The notes below the pieces were generated by a model. The model made no database searches. It was not told the origin of the DNA and worked only from the letters and a program-made list of their open reading frames with translations. Below are positions 9,320 to 20,005 of a stretch of 64,000 nucleotides of DNA, one piece after another. The position numbers and the translations under genes were made by a program. Each line of letters opens with the position of its first letter. Position 1 is the first letter of the stretch. This stretch comes from an uncultured Pseudomonadales bacterium (lineage in GTDB: Bacteria; Patescibacteriota; Microgenomatia; UBA1400; CAYXSR01): NCBI GenBank assembly GCA_964430265.1, contig CAYSEI010000004.1, positions 45,872 to 109,871 of the forward strand. The letters run 5' to 3'.

Positions 9320-10467
9320 AGATTGTAGTTGTAATGCCGACTTACAATGAAGAAGACAACATTGGCAAAATGATTGATGTTCTGCATGAAGAGATTTTTC
9401 CGCAGCTGAAAAAGCATGATTTGGAATTATTGGTTGTTGATGATAATTCACCAGATAAAACACAAGAAATTGTTAAAAAGAAAACAAATAAATATGAAAA
9501 TATTCATCTTTTTACAGGAGAAAAAAAAGGTTTGGGAGTAGCTTATGTCAGGGGAATAAAATATGCAATGGAAAATCTGGATGCAGAATGGGTTGTGGAA
9601 ATGGATGCTGATTTTCAGCACAACCCAAATGACCTTGTGCCAATGATCTTAGCAGCAGAGGAAGGTTATGACTATATTATCGGTTCCCGCTACATAGAAG
9701 GCGGTTCAATACCCAAAGAATGGGCTTTAATACGCAAACTTCAATCAGTTTTAGGCAATTTGCTTGCCAGGATTGTTCTTTGGCTGCCACAAATTCATGA
9801 TGTTACCAGTGGGTTTAAAATGAGTAAGGTCAAAGAGTATTTGGATAAAATAGATATTGATGAAATTGTCAAGGAAGAATATTCCCGTAATTATGCTTAC
9901 AAAATATTTCTGCTTTTTAAAATGATTAAACAGGGAGCGAAAGTAAAAGAAGTTCCAATTAATTTTCAATCCCGCGAAGAAGGGGACTCAAAAATGCCCA
10001 AAAATAATATTAAGGATTCTTTACGCATGGTTCTGACTCTTAGATGGTTGGAGTCGCAGCGGTTTATAAAAGTCTGTGCAGTTGGAACTATTGGAGCGGC
10101 CATTCAGTTTACTATTTTTAATATCCTAAGAAGGACACTTAATCCGGAAATTGCCAATGTGATTGCAGTAGAGTTTGCAATTATTGGCAACTTTATTATT
10201 AATAATTCATGGACTTTTAAAGATAAAAAGCTCAAGATTGAAAAAGGATTGCAAAAGATCATTCTTAAATTTGCCCAATTCAACCTTTTTTCATTAGGTT
10301 CCTTATTAATTCAGTACATAGTAATGAAAATCGGCACTAACATTCTGGGTCGCGGCTTTATAATTGAAAATGGGTTAGTAGTAGTTGGAATTTTATTGGG
10401 TTTAATTTACAATTTTACAATCTACACCAAACTGATTTGGAAAACAACAAATAAAAAAGAAAAATGA
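9316..10467 (+). CDS. DPM1-like polyprenyl-phosphate glycosyltransferase (GT2) fused to a GtrA-like domain
   Basis: PTYNE, VVDDNSPD, GLGxAY, MDADFQH, GSRY, DVTSGF; C-terminal 4-TM GtrA-like region with NFIINNSWTF. Confidence 0.88.
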   Translation: MKIVVVMPTYNEEDNIGKMIDVLHEEIFPQLKKHDLELLVVDDNSPDKTQEIVKKKTNKYENIHLFTGEKKGLGVAYVRGIKYAMENLDAEWVVEMDADFQHNPNDLVPMILAAEEGYDYIIGSRYIEGGSIPKEWALIRKLQSVLGNLLARIVLWLPQIHDVTSGFKMSKVKEYLDKIDIDEIVKEEYSRNYAYKIFLLFKMIKQGAKVKEVPINFQSREEGDSKMPKNNIKDSLRMVLTLRWLESQRFIKVCAVGTIGAAIQFTIFNILRRTLNPEIANVIAVEFAIIGNFIINNSWTFKDKKLKIEKGLQKIILKFAQFNLFSLGSLLIQYIVMKIGTNILGRGFIIENGLVVVGILLGLIYNFTIYTKLIWKTTNKKEK

Positions 10468-12653
10468 TTAAAGAACTTTCTGTTTTTTTCCCTGCCTACA
10501 ATGAAGAGAAAAATATTTCAAAAACTGTTAAAGATACTGTCAAAGTTCTTGAAGACAAGGGAATAAAATACGAGGCACTTGTAATTGATGACGGGTCCAA
10601 AGATAAAACAGCAGAAATTGTAAAAAAGCTTCACAAAGAGAATGAAAAAGTAAAACTTGTTTCCCACAATGAAAATAAAGGATACGGCGCTGCAATAAAA
10701 ACCGGTATGAAAAACTCCCAATATGAGTGGGTATGTTTTACAGACTCAGATGGGCAGTTTGATTTTAAGCAAATCAAAAGGTTTTTAAAACATACTGATG
10801 AAAATGATTTGATCATTGGATACAGGGAGAAGAGGTCCGATAGCTTAGTAAGAAGGTTTATTGCTAATGTTCTTTTAAGAATCTGGAATCTGATTTTGTA
10901 TGGTGTTTGGTTTAAGGATGTGGATTGCGGGTTTAAACTCTTTAAAAAGCAAGTGGTTGATAAGGTTTATCCTAAATTAGTTACAGAAAGTGCTATTACT
11001 GAAACTGAATTTATGGTCCGTAGCAAAAGAAATGGATTTAAAATAAACGAAGTGCCGGTAACCCACCATGCACGAACCGGAGGCGACCAGACGGGTGGAA
11101 ATTTTAAAGTTGTGAGTAAAGCTGTTTTACAAGGTATAAAACTATATTTATCTTTTTTAAAGGAATTCTTTTCCCAGTGGCAAAATATTTTGTTTTTTAT
11201 AATTCTTGTTTTAGGAGCTTTTTTAAGGTTTTTTAAATTAAGAGCTTATATGACTTTTTTAGGTGATCAAGGAAGGGATGCTTTGGTAGTTTGGAAGATG
11301 TTAAAAGAGGGGGACATTACTTTTTTGGGTCCGGTTGCATCTATGGGCGGTTTTTACTTAGGTCCAATCTATTATTATTTTATGGTCCCTTTTTTATTTC
11401 TTTGGAACTACAATCCGGTTGGTCCCGCTGTGATGGTGGTTTTGTTTGATTTAGCTACTATTGTTTTAATTTACAAATTTTGCAATGAGTTTATTAACAA
11501 AAAAGTTGCACTTTTATCAACATTTCTTTATGCAATTTCAAACCTTGTAATTGTCTATTCCCGTTTTTCCTGGAACCCCAATATCTTGCCTTTTTTCTCT
11601 TTTCTTGTGTTTTATTCTTATGCCAAGGCAATAATTAAAAAGCAAAAATTCTTTTATTTAATTGCAGGTTTATCTACCGGAGTAATTGTCCAGCTGCATT
11701 ATATGGCAGTTTTAATGTTTCCTTTTATGATTTTGGCTTACTTTCTTTTGGATAATAAAAAGGAGATAAAAGATATATTTCAGCTTATTGGCGGATTTTT
11801 AATTACTTTTTCACCTTTTTTACTTTTTGAGATCAGGCATGGATTTCCCAATTTCAATACTATTTTTAATTTTGTTTTAAAAGGTGAAGAAGTTGGCCTT
11901 CTTACAGGAGGTAAGCAGGTGGTTAACAATACTTTTATTAGTTTAGGCACCCAATTGTTTTCTGGGATTCTGACACCTGGATATAAATTACTGGGTAAAA
12001 TTTTACTTATATTTTCTTTAATTGGAATCTTTTTTGAATATCTGACGCCAAGAATTATGAAAAGAAAACAAACTATGTTATTGTTTTTTTTAATTAGCTT
12101 GATATTTATTTCTTCAATATACAATAATCCTATTCATGATCACTATTTGACATTTTTGTTCTTCTTGCCGCCATTGATTTTTAGTATTGCTTTTTTCAAG
12201 TTTGTTGATAATAGAAAGCTTCTTTTTATTCCCGGAGCAATATTAATCTTTTTACTAGTAAGAGCTAATTTTCAAGAGAATCTCTTACATGGAGAACCAA
12301 ATAGACAGCTAGCACAGCTTAACCGGGTAACTAATATAATAATTGATAAAGCTCAGAATAATAAATTCAACTTTGCCATGGCAACACCGGGCAATTCAGA
12401 TCATGCATACCGTTATTTTTTAACCAAAAAAGGATATGAACCTGTAAAAATTGAAAATCGAATTGAGGAAGAGTTAATGGTTGTATGTGAAGTCCAAGAT
12501 TGTAACCCTATAGATAAGAGTCTTTGGGAGATTAGGGAATTTGGAGATGCTAAAATAGAAGGCAAGTGGAGTGATGATGAAGTGATTTTTGTTTACCGTC
12601 TAGTACACACTAAAAAATCAGAAGATTTAATTGGACAACCTGCTAAAAAATAG
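10464..12653 (+). CDS. Fusion: DPM/DPG-synthase-like GT2 plus GT-C (ArnT/PMT-like) membrane transferase
   Basis: N-terminal PAYNE, DDGSKD, GYGAA, TDSDGQF, DVDCGFKLF; then LRF...GDQGRD...GPIYYY, RFSWNPN and multiple TM segments in one ORF. Confidence 0.85.
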   Translation: MIKELSVFFPAYNEEKNISKTVKDTVKVLEDKGIKYEALVIDDGSKDKTAEIVKKLHKENEKVKLVSHNENKGYGAAIKTGMKNSQYEWVCFTDSDGQFDFKQIKRFLKHTDENDLIIGYREKRSDSLVRRFIANVLLRIWNLILYGVWFKDVDCGFKLFKKQVVDKVYPKLVTESAITETEFMVRSKRNGFKINEVPVTHHARTGGDQTGGNFKVVSKAVLQGIKLYLSFLKEFFSQWQNILFFIILVLGAFLRFFKLRAYMTFLGDQGRDALVVWKMLKEGDITFLGPVASMGGFYLGPIYYYFMVPFLFLWNYNPVGPAVMVVLFDLATIVLIYKFCNEFINKKVALLSTFLYAISNLVIVYSRFSWNPNILPFFSFLVFYSYAKAIIKKQKFFYLIAGLSTGVIVQLHYMAVLMFPFMILAYFLLDNKKEIKDIFQLIGGFLITFSPFLLFEIRHGFPNFNTIFNFVLKGEEVGLLTGGKQVVNNTFISLGTQLFSGILTPGYKLLGKILLIFSLIGIFFEYLTPRIMKRKQTMLLFFLISLIFISSIYNNPIHDHYLTFLFFLPPLIFSIAFFKFVDNRKLLFIPGAILIFLLVRANFQENLLHGEPNRQLAQLNRVTNIIIDKAQNNKFNFAMATPGNSDHAYRYFLTKKGYEPVKIENRIEEELMVVCEVQDCNPIDKSLWEIREFGDAKIEGKWSDDEVIFVYRLVHTKKSEDLIGQPAKK

Positions 12654-12661
12654 GAGATAAA

Positions 12662-13426
12662 ATGAATAAAAAATATCTATCAGTAATTATCCCGGCGTTT
12701 AATGAAGAGGAAAATTTCAAACGCGGGGCTTTAAAACAAGTAAGCGAGTATTTAGAAAAACAAACTTATGAATATGAGGTTTTATTGGTTGATGACGGTT
12801 CAATTGACAAGACATATGACCTTCTTAAAGACTATATTAAAAACAAGAAAAATTGGAAATTAGTTAAAATTCCTCATCAAGGTAAGTATAAGGCAATAAA
12901 AAAAGGTGTTCAAAAAGCAAGTGGTGAGCTGGTACTCTTTACCGACTTTGACCAATCCACTCCCTTGTATGAATCGGAAAAATTAATTAAAGCAGTTAAA
13001 AACGGAAGTGACTTGGCAATCGGTTCCAGGGAAATTATTGGTGCCAAAAGGGAAGAGGAACCTTTTTACCGTCATTTAATGGGAAAAGGATTTAATTTTG
13101 TTGTCAGAATTATTACAGGACTTTCTTATCATGATACGCAATGCGGATTTAAACTGTTTAAAAAAGAACCGATAAAAAAGATCATAGAAAATGTATCTGT
13201 TGCAGAGAAAAGAAAGGTTGCGGATGCATATACAGGTGCTTTTGACGTGGAAATTCTTTATTTAGCCCAAAAGATGGGTTATAAATCAAAAGAAGTTCCT
13301 GTTGACTGGAAGCATTTTAAAACCCAGCGTGTAAATCCGATTAAAGATTCTTTAAGGATGTTTATAGATATTCTCAAAATTAGGGTTGCTGATTTATTGG
13401 GGGAATATAGAAAAAGTGATGAATAA
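12662..13426 (+). CDS. Alg5-like polyprenyl-phosphate glucosyltransferase (GT2)
   Basis: PAFNEE, VDDGSxD, GKxxA, FTDFDQSTP, GSR, DTQCGFKLF, FDVEIL. Confidence 0.85.
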   Translation: MNKKYLSVIIPAFNEEENFKRGALKQVSEYLEKQTYEYEVLLVDDGSIDKTYDLLKDYIKNKKNWKLVKIPHQGKYKAIKKGVQKASGELVLFTDFDQSTPLYESEKLIKAVKNGSDLAIGSREIIGAKREEEPFYRHLMGKGFNFVVRIITGLSYHDTQCGFKLFKKEPIKKIIENVSVAEKRKVADAYTGAFDVEILYLAQKMGYKSKEVPVDWKHFKTQRVNPIKDSLRMFIDILKIRVADLLGEYRKSDE

Positions 13427-14561
13427 AAAGATCAAACTGGTAATAGGTTTATACTTTCTTTACTTATTTGTTTTAAATATTTTTTCATATACCCAGGTAG
13501 ATTTAAATTTAACCTTGTTCGGTTTTGGTCCGTATTTAAAAGTACAAGAAAAACTTACTCAACTGGGCTATTTTAACAGGCCGTTGAATACCGCTATTTT
13601 ACTTGTTTTATTAATTTTGTCTTTTATTTTCTGGCTGTTTTTTGTTAGGAACAATAAAAAATTTAGTTTAAGCCAAACTAAAAAAATAATTTTAATTACG
13701 GGGTTATTGCTGGTTTTTGCCTATCCGATTTTTTCCCATGACATATTCAATTATATTTTTGATGCCCGCATTTTTACCAAATACAGATTAAATCCATACC
13801 AGTATAAAGCTTTGGATTTTTCAAATGACCCTTGGACAAGGTTTATGCACTGGACGCATCGTACTAATCCTTATCCTGTATTCTGGACTTTATATACCTT
13901 TATTCCTTCAATTTTAGGTCTGCAGATATTTTCTTTTACTTTTTATCTTTTTAAGTTATTTGTTGGAATTATACCTTATTATCTTGCCTGCTTTTTTATT
14001 TACAAAATCAGTAAAAAATACTTCAATACAAAAAAAGCTTTGTTTTTATTTGCTTTCTCACCTTTAGTAATTTTTGAATTTTTAATAAACAGCCATAATG
14101 ATTTATTAATGGTTTCTGTTATGCTTTTTTCTTTATATAAGCTGATGCAAAACAAAAAAATACAATCTTTTTTTGGATTAACAACTTCTGTTTTAGTAAA
14201 ATATGCAACTGCAGCATTAATACCAGTCTATGTTTTAAAGTTTTTTAAAAGGAATCTTAAAAAAGAAAATATTTTAAAAATCTCCTTTTGGCTAATGTTT
14301 TTAATAATGGCAGTTTATTCGTATATAAATGAACTGCAGATTTGGTATTTGATTTGGATATTTCCTTTATCAGTATTGTTATTTAAAAATACCTTTTATC
14401 TTGCAATTTCTTTCCTTATACAACTGATGCTTTTTTTCTACCACGGGTATTTATACTTTGGTGAGTGGAAGTATGGGAGTTTAAGACTTTTGTTTTTTCT
14501 AGTACTTTTAATATTAGCTTTGGGATATAAGACAATTAAAGAAAAATATATTACCAAATAA
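13419..14561 (+). CDS. GT-C membrane glycosyltransferase, MptA/MptB-like
   Basis: SHDIFNY, PYP, NSHNDLLM and LVKY motifs; polytopic. Start moved to ATG 13419, which overlaps the upstream stop. Confidence 0.65.
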   Translation: MNKKIKLVIGLYFLYLFVLNIFSYTQVDLNLTLFGFGPYLKVQEKLTQLGYFNRPLNTAILLVLLILSFIFWLFFVRNNKKFSLSQTKKIILITGLLLVFAYPIFSHDIFNYIFDARIFTKYRLNPYQYKALDFSNDPWTRFMHWTHRTNPYPVFWTLYTFIPSILGLQIFSFTFYLFKLFVGIIPYYLACFFIYKISKKYFNTKKALFLFAFSPLVIFEFLINSHNDLLMVSVMLFSLYKLMQNKKIQSFFGLTTSVLVKYATAALIPVYVLKFFKRNLKKENILKISFWLMFLIMAVYSYINELQIWYLIWIFPLSVLLFKNTFYLAISFLIQLMLFFYHGYLYFGEWKYGSLRLLFFLVLLILALGYKTIKEKYITK

Positions 14562-14571
14562 AAGCACAAAA

Positions 14572-16134
14572 ATGAATAAAAATATCAAAAAATATATGAT
14601 ATTAACATCTATATTAATCTTGGCATTTTTGCTAAGGCTTAAACCTTTTGTAACCAAAGAAATTCCTTTTATATTTGATACCGGCAGGGACATGGTTTGG
14701 ACACGGGATATTGTTGTACTTAAGGACTTTACTTTAATCGGTCCCTGGACTTCATTAACCGGAGTTTTTTTTGGTCCGCTTTGGTATTATTTGTTGGCAT
14801 TATTTTTTATTCCTTTGGGTGGACATCCAATTACGGGAACGGCTCTTTCAACTTTTATTAGCTTGGCAACAGTTTTACTCTTATATATTGTCGGCAAGAA
14901 AACTAAAAATCATTATTTAGGTCTAATTTTGGCTTTTTTAGGGGCTGTTTATCCAATAATGATTGGAACTTCAGTGACCTCTTTAAATCCAAACCCGATT
15001 ATTTTTCTTTCACCTTTAATAATTTATCTTTTGTATATCCTTCCCAAAAGTAAAAATAATAAATTCTGGAAGTATCTGGCCGCTTTGTTTTTTACTGTCA
15101 GTCTAATTTTTCATTTTTCCACACCAACGGCTTTATACTTTACGCTTTTGTTAATTTTTTATTTAATTTATCTTTTTATTAAAACCAAACAATTTAAAAT
15201 AAAAAAATTTTTAATCAGTGGAATCTTTTTTATTATTCCTTTTGCACCTCAGATATTGTTTGAATTAAGAAATAACTTTTTACAAATCCGCTCATTTGCA
15301 AGCTTTTTGACTGGAAAATCTAATTCTTTACAAGGTTATCTGCCTATATTTGAAAGAACACTTAACCGCTGGGGAATTTTATGGGGCTTTTTTAAAAAAA
15401 TGCTTCCTTTAAACCAAAGTGTGATTGTGCAAATATTTTTTAGCTTATTAATTATTTATGCATATTATCTTGTTTACAAAAAAAAGGACAAATTAAAAAG
15501 CCTTTATGACCTTTGCTTTTTACTTTTAATCAGTTCATTTTTTGTTTTTAATTTTCTTTTTAAAGCAGCGCTCAGACCTTGGTATGTTTTTCATATTCCA
15601 ATGACCTTCATAATCTTACTGGGTACAAGCTTTTGGGTTGTGTTAAAAGAGCATAAGTTTTTAAAATATTTAATGCCAATATTAATTATTGGCTTTTTAT
15701 TAAATGTAAACTTTATTGCTTCACTTAAATTTAAACAGACAACACCGGATATCAGTGAGTACAGGAGCCAGAAAAAAGTAATTGAATATATTTACAATGA
15801 TGCAAATAAAACACCTTTTAATGTATATGTATTTACACCGGCTTTATATGATTTCCATTATCAGTACAGTTTTTGGTGGATCGGTCGCAAAAGAAACTTC
15901 TGGCCGGTTGAGTATGCGTATTTACCAGGTAAGGTAGAATATGTTCCAAATAAACAAAGGTATTATGACAGGCAAAAGCAGATTATGGGGGATAAAAAAG
16001 CAGAAATAACCTATTTAATAATTGAAACCAAAGATAATCCCAATTTCCCCGGATGGCACGGATATTTTGAAGAATTAGATCTGATTTCAGAAAAAGAGTT
16101 TGAAAGTGGTATAATTTTGGAGAAAAGGCATTAA
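14572..16134 (+). CDS. GT-C membrane glycosyltransferase (DxGRD subfamily)
   Basis: LLRL...FDTGRD...IGP...FGPLWYY; many TM segments plus a soluble C-terminal domain. Confidence 0.75.
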   Translation: MNKNIKKYMILTSILILAFLLRLKPFVTKEIPFIFDTGRDMVWTRDIVVLKDFTLIGPWTSLTGVFFGPLWYYLLALFFIPLGGHPITGTALSTFISLATVLLLYIVGKKTKNHYLGLILAFLGAVYPIMIGTSVTSLNPNPIIFLSPLIIYLLYILPKSKNNKFWKYLAALFFTVSLIFHFSTPTALYFTLLLIFYLIYLFIKTKQFKIKKFLISGIFFIIPFAPQILFELRNNFLQIRSFASFLTGKSNSLQGYLPIFERTLNRWGILWGFFKKMLPLNQSVIVQIFFSLLIIYAYYLVYKKKDKLKSLYDLCFLLLISSFFVFNFLFKAALRPWYVFHIPMTFIILLGTSFWVVLKEHKFLKYLMPILIIGFLLNVNFIASLKFKQTTPDISEYRSQKKVIEYIYNDANKTPFNVYVFTPALYDFHYQYSFWWIGRKRNFWPVEYAYLPGKVEYVPNKQRYYDRQKQIMGDKKAEITYLIIETKDNPNFPGWHGYFEELDLISEKEFESGIILEKRH

Positions 16135-16137
16135 AAA

Positions 16138-17634
16138 ATGAAAATCAACAAAAGAGCAGTTATTACCAGTATTGGTATTTTGGCATTATTTGCACTTACC
16201 CGTCTTATTGGGATCCTAAAAATTCCTATTTTTACTGATGAGGCAATTTATCTGCGCTGGAGCCAGGTTGCTTCTTATGATGCATCCCAGCGTTTTATAT
16301 CCTTAATCGACGGCAAACAGCCCTTATATATGTGGGTGACAATGTTTGTTATGAAAATAATGGATGCGCCTTTGCTAGCAGGTAGGCTGGTGTCTGTATT
16401 TTCCGGTCTGGGTGCTTTAGCTGGCATGTTTTTGCTGACAAAAGAACTTTTCAATAAGAAAACAGCTTTTTTAAGCAGCTTTTTTTATGTTATATTTCCG
16501 CTTTTTATTTTATATGACAAAATGGCGCTTGTTGATGCCATGCTGACAATGTTTGGCTTCTGGAGCCTCTGGCTGGCAATTAAAATGGCTAAAAAAAGAA
16601 AACTGGTTTATGCACTGCTTTTGGGCGGAACATTGGGCGGTGCTTATCTGACAAAGTCTCCTGCTGTATTTTTTACTATCTTAAGCCTTTTATCGGGAAT
16701 ATTTATTAATTTTACAAAAGAGAAAAAAAGTAATCTAAAAAAAGCAGGACAGTTTATCGGCTTGTTTTTAATTGCTTTTGTTATTTCACAAGGTTTTTAT
16801 AATATCCTCAGGTTATCGCCGATGATGCATATGATTGCCAGGAAGAATTCTACATTTGTCAGAAGCTTTTCTGAGGTATTAAAAGATCCCTTTTTCAATT
16901 TCTGGGGTAATTTCAAAGGAGTAGGCAAGTGGATAATTGGTTATGTTTCAATACCTTTAATTATTACTGCAGTCTTTGGAATTTTTTACAAACCAGTGAA
17001 AAAATGGCGGGAGAAAATGTTTTTGTCAGCCTGGTTTTTTGGCCCGCTTCTTGCCTATTCATTATTTGGAAAGGTTTTGTACCCAAGATATATTTTGTTT
17101 TTTACTCCTTCACTGGTAATTTTTGTTAGCTACACGCTTATGCAGATGAAAAACAAGCTTAAAAATAAATTGTTTTATGTTTTGCTTTTCTTGTTGTTGC
17201 TTCCCAATATTTATACTTCATTTAAGTTGATAACCGATCCTTTAAATGCGCCTATACCTACAGCTGACAAGGGCCAATTTTTTAACAGCTATTTTGCCGG
17301 ATACGGAGTGGAAGAGGTAAATAATTATTTTAAAGAGGAAATAAAGAATGAGGAAGTTGTTTTGTATACGGAGGGGACATTTGGCCTTCTTCCTTATGCA
17401 GTTGAATTATATTTTTATAATAATCCTAATATCCGTGTTATTGGAATCTGGCCATTAGAAGAAGTTCCCGGTAAAAAAGTTAAATATATTCCAGGTAAAG
17501 AAAACTATCTGGTAACTAATGAAACACAGGAAATTCCCCAGCAGTGGCCCTTAGAGAAAATATTTGAAGTGCAAAAAGGTAAAAGTGAGGACAGATTAAG
17601 GTTATTTAAAATAATTGCTGATGAGAATAAATAA
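16138..17634 (+). CDS. GT-C membrane glycosyltransferase (PMT_2/ArnT-like)
   Basis: FTDEAIY, GKQPLY, GRLVSV, LTK, YPRY; polytopic. Confidence 0.8.
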   Translation: MKINKRAVITSIGILALFALTRLIGILKIPIFTDEAIYLRWSQVASYDASQRFISLIDGKQPLYMWVTMFVMKIMDAPLLAGRLVSVFSGLGALAGMFLLTKELFNKKTAFLSSFFYVIFPLFILYDKMALVDAMLTMFGFWSLWLAIKMAKKRKLVYALLLGGTLGGAYLTKSPAVFFTILSLLSGIFINFTKEKKSNLKKAGQFIGLFLIAFVISQGFYNILRLSPMMHMIARKNSTFVRSFSEVLKDPFFNFWGNFKGVGKWIIGYVSIPLIITAVFGIFYKPVKKWREKMFLSAWFFGPLLAYSLFGKVLYPRYILFFTPSLVIFVSYTLMQMKNKLKNKLFYVLLFLLLLPNIYTSFKLITDPLNAPIPTADKGQFFNSYFAGYGVEEVNNYFKEEIKNEEVVLYTEGTFGLLPYAVELYFYNNPNIRVIGIWPLEEVPGKKVKYIPGKENYLVTNETQEIPQQWPLEKIFEVQKGKSEDRLRLFKIIADENK

Positions 17635-20005
17635 ATATAAAAAAGCTTTAAGCAGAATTCTTCCCTTTTTAATTATTATTCTATATGTGGTTATAGTATT
17701 TCAAAAGTATATTTTTAAAGGGCAATTACCGATTTCTGTTAATCTGTTAATGGCTTTTTATTTCCCTTTTTTCCTAGGCGGATTTAAAGAATACTCACCC
17801 TGGGTCAGGTATAAGGGTTTTTTAAATTCGGATGTAGTGAGACAAGGCCTCCCTTGGAAAATACTAGCTTTTGAACAAATTAAAAATTTAAAGCTTCCAG
17901 TTTGGAACCCCTATACTTTTTGCGGTAATCCTTTAATGGCTAATATACAGTCAGCAGTATTTTATCCGCTTAATTTTATATTTTTAATATTTTCAATGCC
18001 GGTTGCCTGGAGTTTGTTAGAGATAATAGGTTTGTTTTTAATGCTTTTGTTTATGTACCTCTTTTTAAGAGAATTAAAAATTTCCAAAACTTCAGCTTTG
18101 TGGGGTGCAATTGTATTTGCCAGTACCCAGTTTCTTATTGTTTGGCTGCAGTTGAATATTGTTATTCATACTTTGTTATGGCTGCCTCTTGCTTTATTTG
18201 CTTTTGAGCGTTTTAAAAAAAATTCAAAAAAACGGTTTCTTTTCTTATTTGCTTTATGCTTTTTTATGTCGATTTTGGGCGGACATCCGCTGTCTTTTAT
18301 TTATGTTTCATTAATTAGTCTTTCTTATATTCTTTTTACGTCTAATAAAAGAAATTTTTTGACTTTTTTGTTTTTAGTATTTGTTGTTGTGTTATTAGCT
18401 AGTTTTCAACTTCTTCCAAGTATAAAAATATATCAGCATGCAGTAACCGGTGGAGAGTTTGGCAAAGAGGTTTTTAAGATTTTAACCATTCCTTGGAAAA
18501 ATCTGCCAACATTTTTAGCTCCTGACTATTTTGGAAATAATGCTACATGGAATAAGCGGGGGCATGGAGGTACAGGAGACATGACACCGTTTATGGGGGT
18601 AATTACCTTGGCCTTAGCACCTTTGGCTTTTTTCAAAAAAAATAAGAAAAAAGTCTGGTATTTTACAGCTATTTCTTTATTTGGTTTTCTGCTTGCTTTT
18701 GATAGTCCGTTAAATTGGATAATTAGGGAGGCAAGGATTCCTATGCTTTCAAGTACTGCTCCTGCTAGAGCGTTAATTGCGACGTACTTTGGTTTTGCAG
18801 TTCTTTCAAGCTATGGTCTGGATTTAATTTTGAAAAAGAAAATACCACTTAAAAAAGTCTTGATATCTATAGGAATCTTGACATTAACGTTTGGATTACT
18901 TTTTCTTTTAACTGTTAATAAGGCTTTTTTTATTGAGAATCCGGATGTAAAAAGCAAGTTTTATATTAGTTTCAGAAATATGATTTTGCCTGGAGGAACA
19001 TTATTTGCATCTTTTCTGTTTATACTGGCTTATTACAAATGGAAGAAAAAGTTTCTGGTTTATTTATTAATTCTTTTTAATAGCTTGTTTTTCCTTTATA
19101 ACTTTGACAAGATTCTAACTTTTGGTTCCAAAAAGTTTTTTTATCCCCAACATAAGCTGATTACTTTTTTACAAAAACAAAATAATTGGCGTTTTCATGG
19201 TTCTGATGCTGGAAAAATTGATACAAATTTTCAAATTCCATATAAAATATACACTCCTGTCGGATATAATGTTTTGCGTATTAAATATTATGCGCAGTTA
19301 GCAGATGCAGCCTTTAATACTGAACTTGAATATTCAGATGCTTTTTCTCGCGCCGATGCTTTTTTCCCTTCACAAAACGATCCCAATCGCGATAAATTCT
19401 TTAATCTTACAGGAGTTAAATACATAACTAACAAACTGGAAAACCCCAAACCGGATAACACATGGGAACAAGATGTTGCAAAATTTCCCGAAGATAAATA
19501 CAAGCTTGTATGGCAGGAAGAGCATTTCCAAGTATATGAACGTAGAAATGTGTATCCCCGTAGTTTTATTGCAACGCAGTCAGCATTAATCAATAATCCG
19601 CAAAAAGCAATTGAAAAATTTTATGATCCTGATTTTGATGTGCGCAATACTTTAATTTTATCTGACATTGCGGAAAAACCGCATTTAAATGCAAAAGAAG
19701 GTAAAGCAGAAATTATTGATTACCAGCCTAATAAGGTAACTATTAAAATCCAAACAGACGGAAAAGCCTTGCTTTTCTTGTCAGATGCCTATTATCCTAA
19801 CTGGCAGGCAAGAGTTGATGATAAAAAAGTTGAAGTTATACGCACCCACCATGCTTTCCGTAGTGTTGTAGTTCCAAAAGGTGAACACACAGTGGAATTT
19901 TTTTATTATCCTAAAGAGTTTTATTATGGAGTTGGAGTTAGTTTTTCTGTTTTACTAAGCTTAGGTATATATTTTGTTATTAGCTGGAAAAAAGGCCAAT
20001 GGTAA
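17621..20005 (+). CDS. YfhO-family membrane glycosyltransferase
   Basis: PVWNPYTFCGNPLMAN...FYPLN, PDYFGN, C-terminal LSDAYYPNWxAxVD...FRSVxVPKGEHTVEFxY. Start moved to ATG 17621. Confidence 0.82.
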   Translation: MRINKYKKALSRILPFLIIILYVVIVFQKYIFKGQLPISVNLLMAFYFPFFLGGFKEYSPWVRYKGFLNSDVVRQGLPWKILAFEQIKNLKLPVWNPYTFCGNPLMANIQSAVFYPLNFIFLIFSMPVAWSLLEIIGLFLMLLFMYLFLRELKISKTSALWGAIVFASTQFLIVWLQLNIVIHTLLWLPLALFAFERFKKNSKKRFLFLFALCFFMSILGGHPLSFIYVSLISLSYILFTSNKRNFLTFLFLVFVVVLLASFQLLPSIKIYQHAVTGGEFGKEVFKILTIPWKNLPTFLAPDYFGNNATWNKRGHGGTGDMTPFMGVITLALAPLAFFKKNKKKVWYFTAISLFGFLLAFDSPLNWIIREARIPMLSSTAPARALIATYFGFAVLSSYGLDLILKKKIPLKKVLISIGILTLTFGLLFLLTVNKAFFIENPDVKSKFYISFRNMILPGGTLFASFLFILAYYKWKKKFLVYLLILFNSLFFLYNFDKILTFGSKKFFYPQHKLITFLQKQNNWRFHGSDAGKIDTNFQIPYKIYTPVGYNVLRIKYYAQLADAAFNTELEYSDAFSRADAFFPSQNDPNRDKFFNLTGVKYITNKLENPKPDNTWEQDVAKFPEDKYKLVWQEEHFQVYERRNVYPRSFIATQSALINNPQKAIEKFYDPDFDVRNTLILSDIAEKPHLNAKEGKAEIIDYQPNKVTIKIQTDGKALLFLSDAYYPNWQARVDDKKVEVIRTHHAFRSVVVPKGEHTVEFFYYPKEFYYGVGVSFSVLLSLGIYFVISWKKGQW

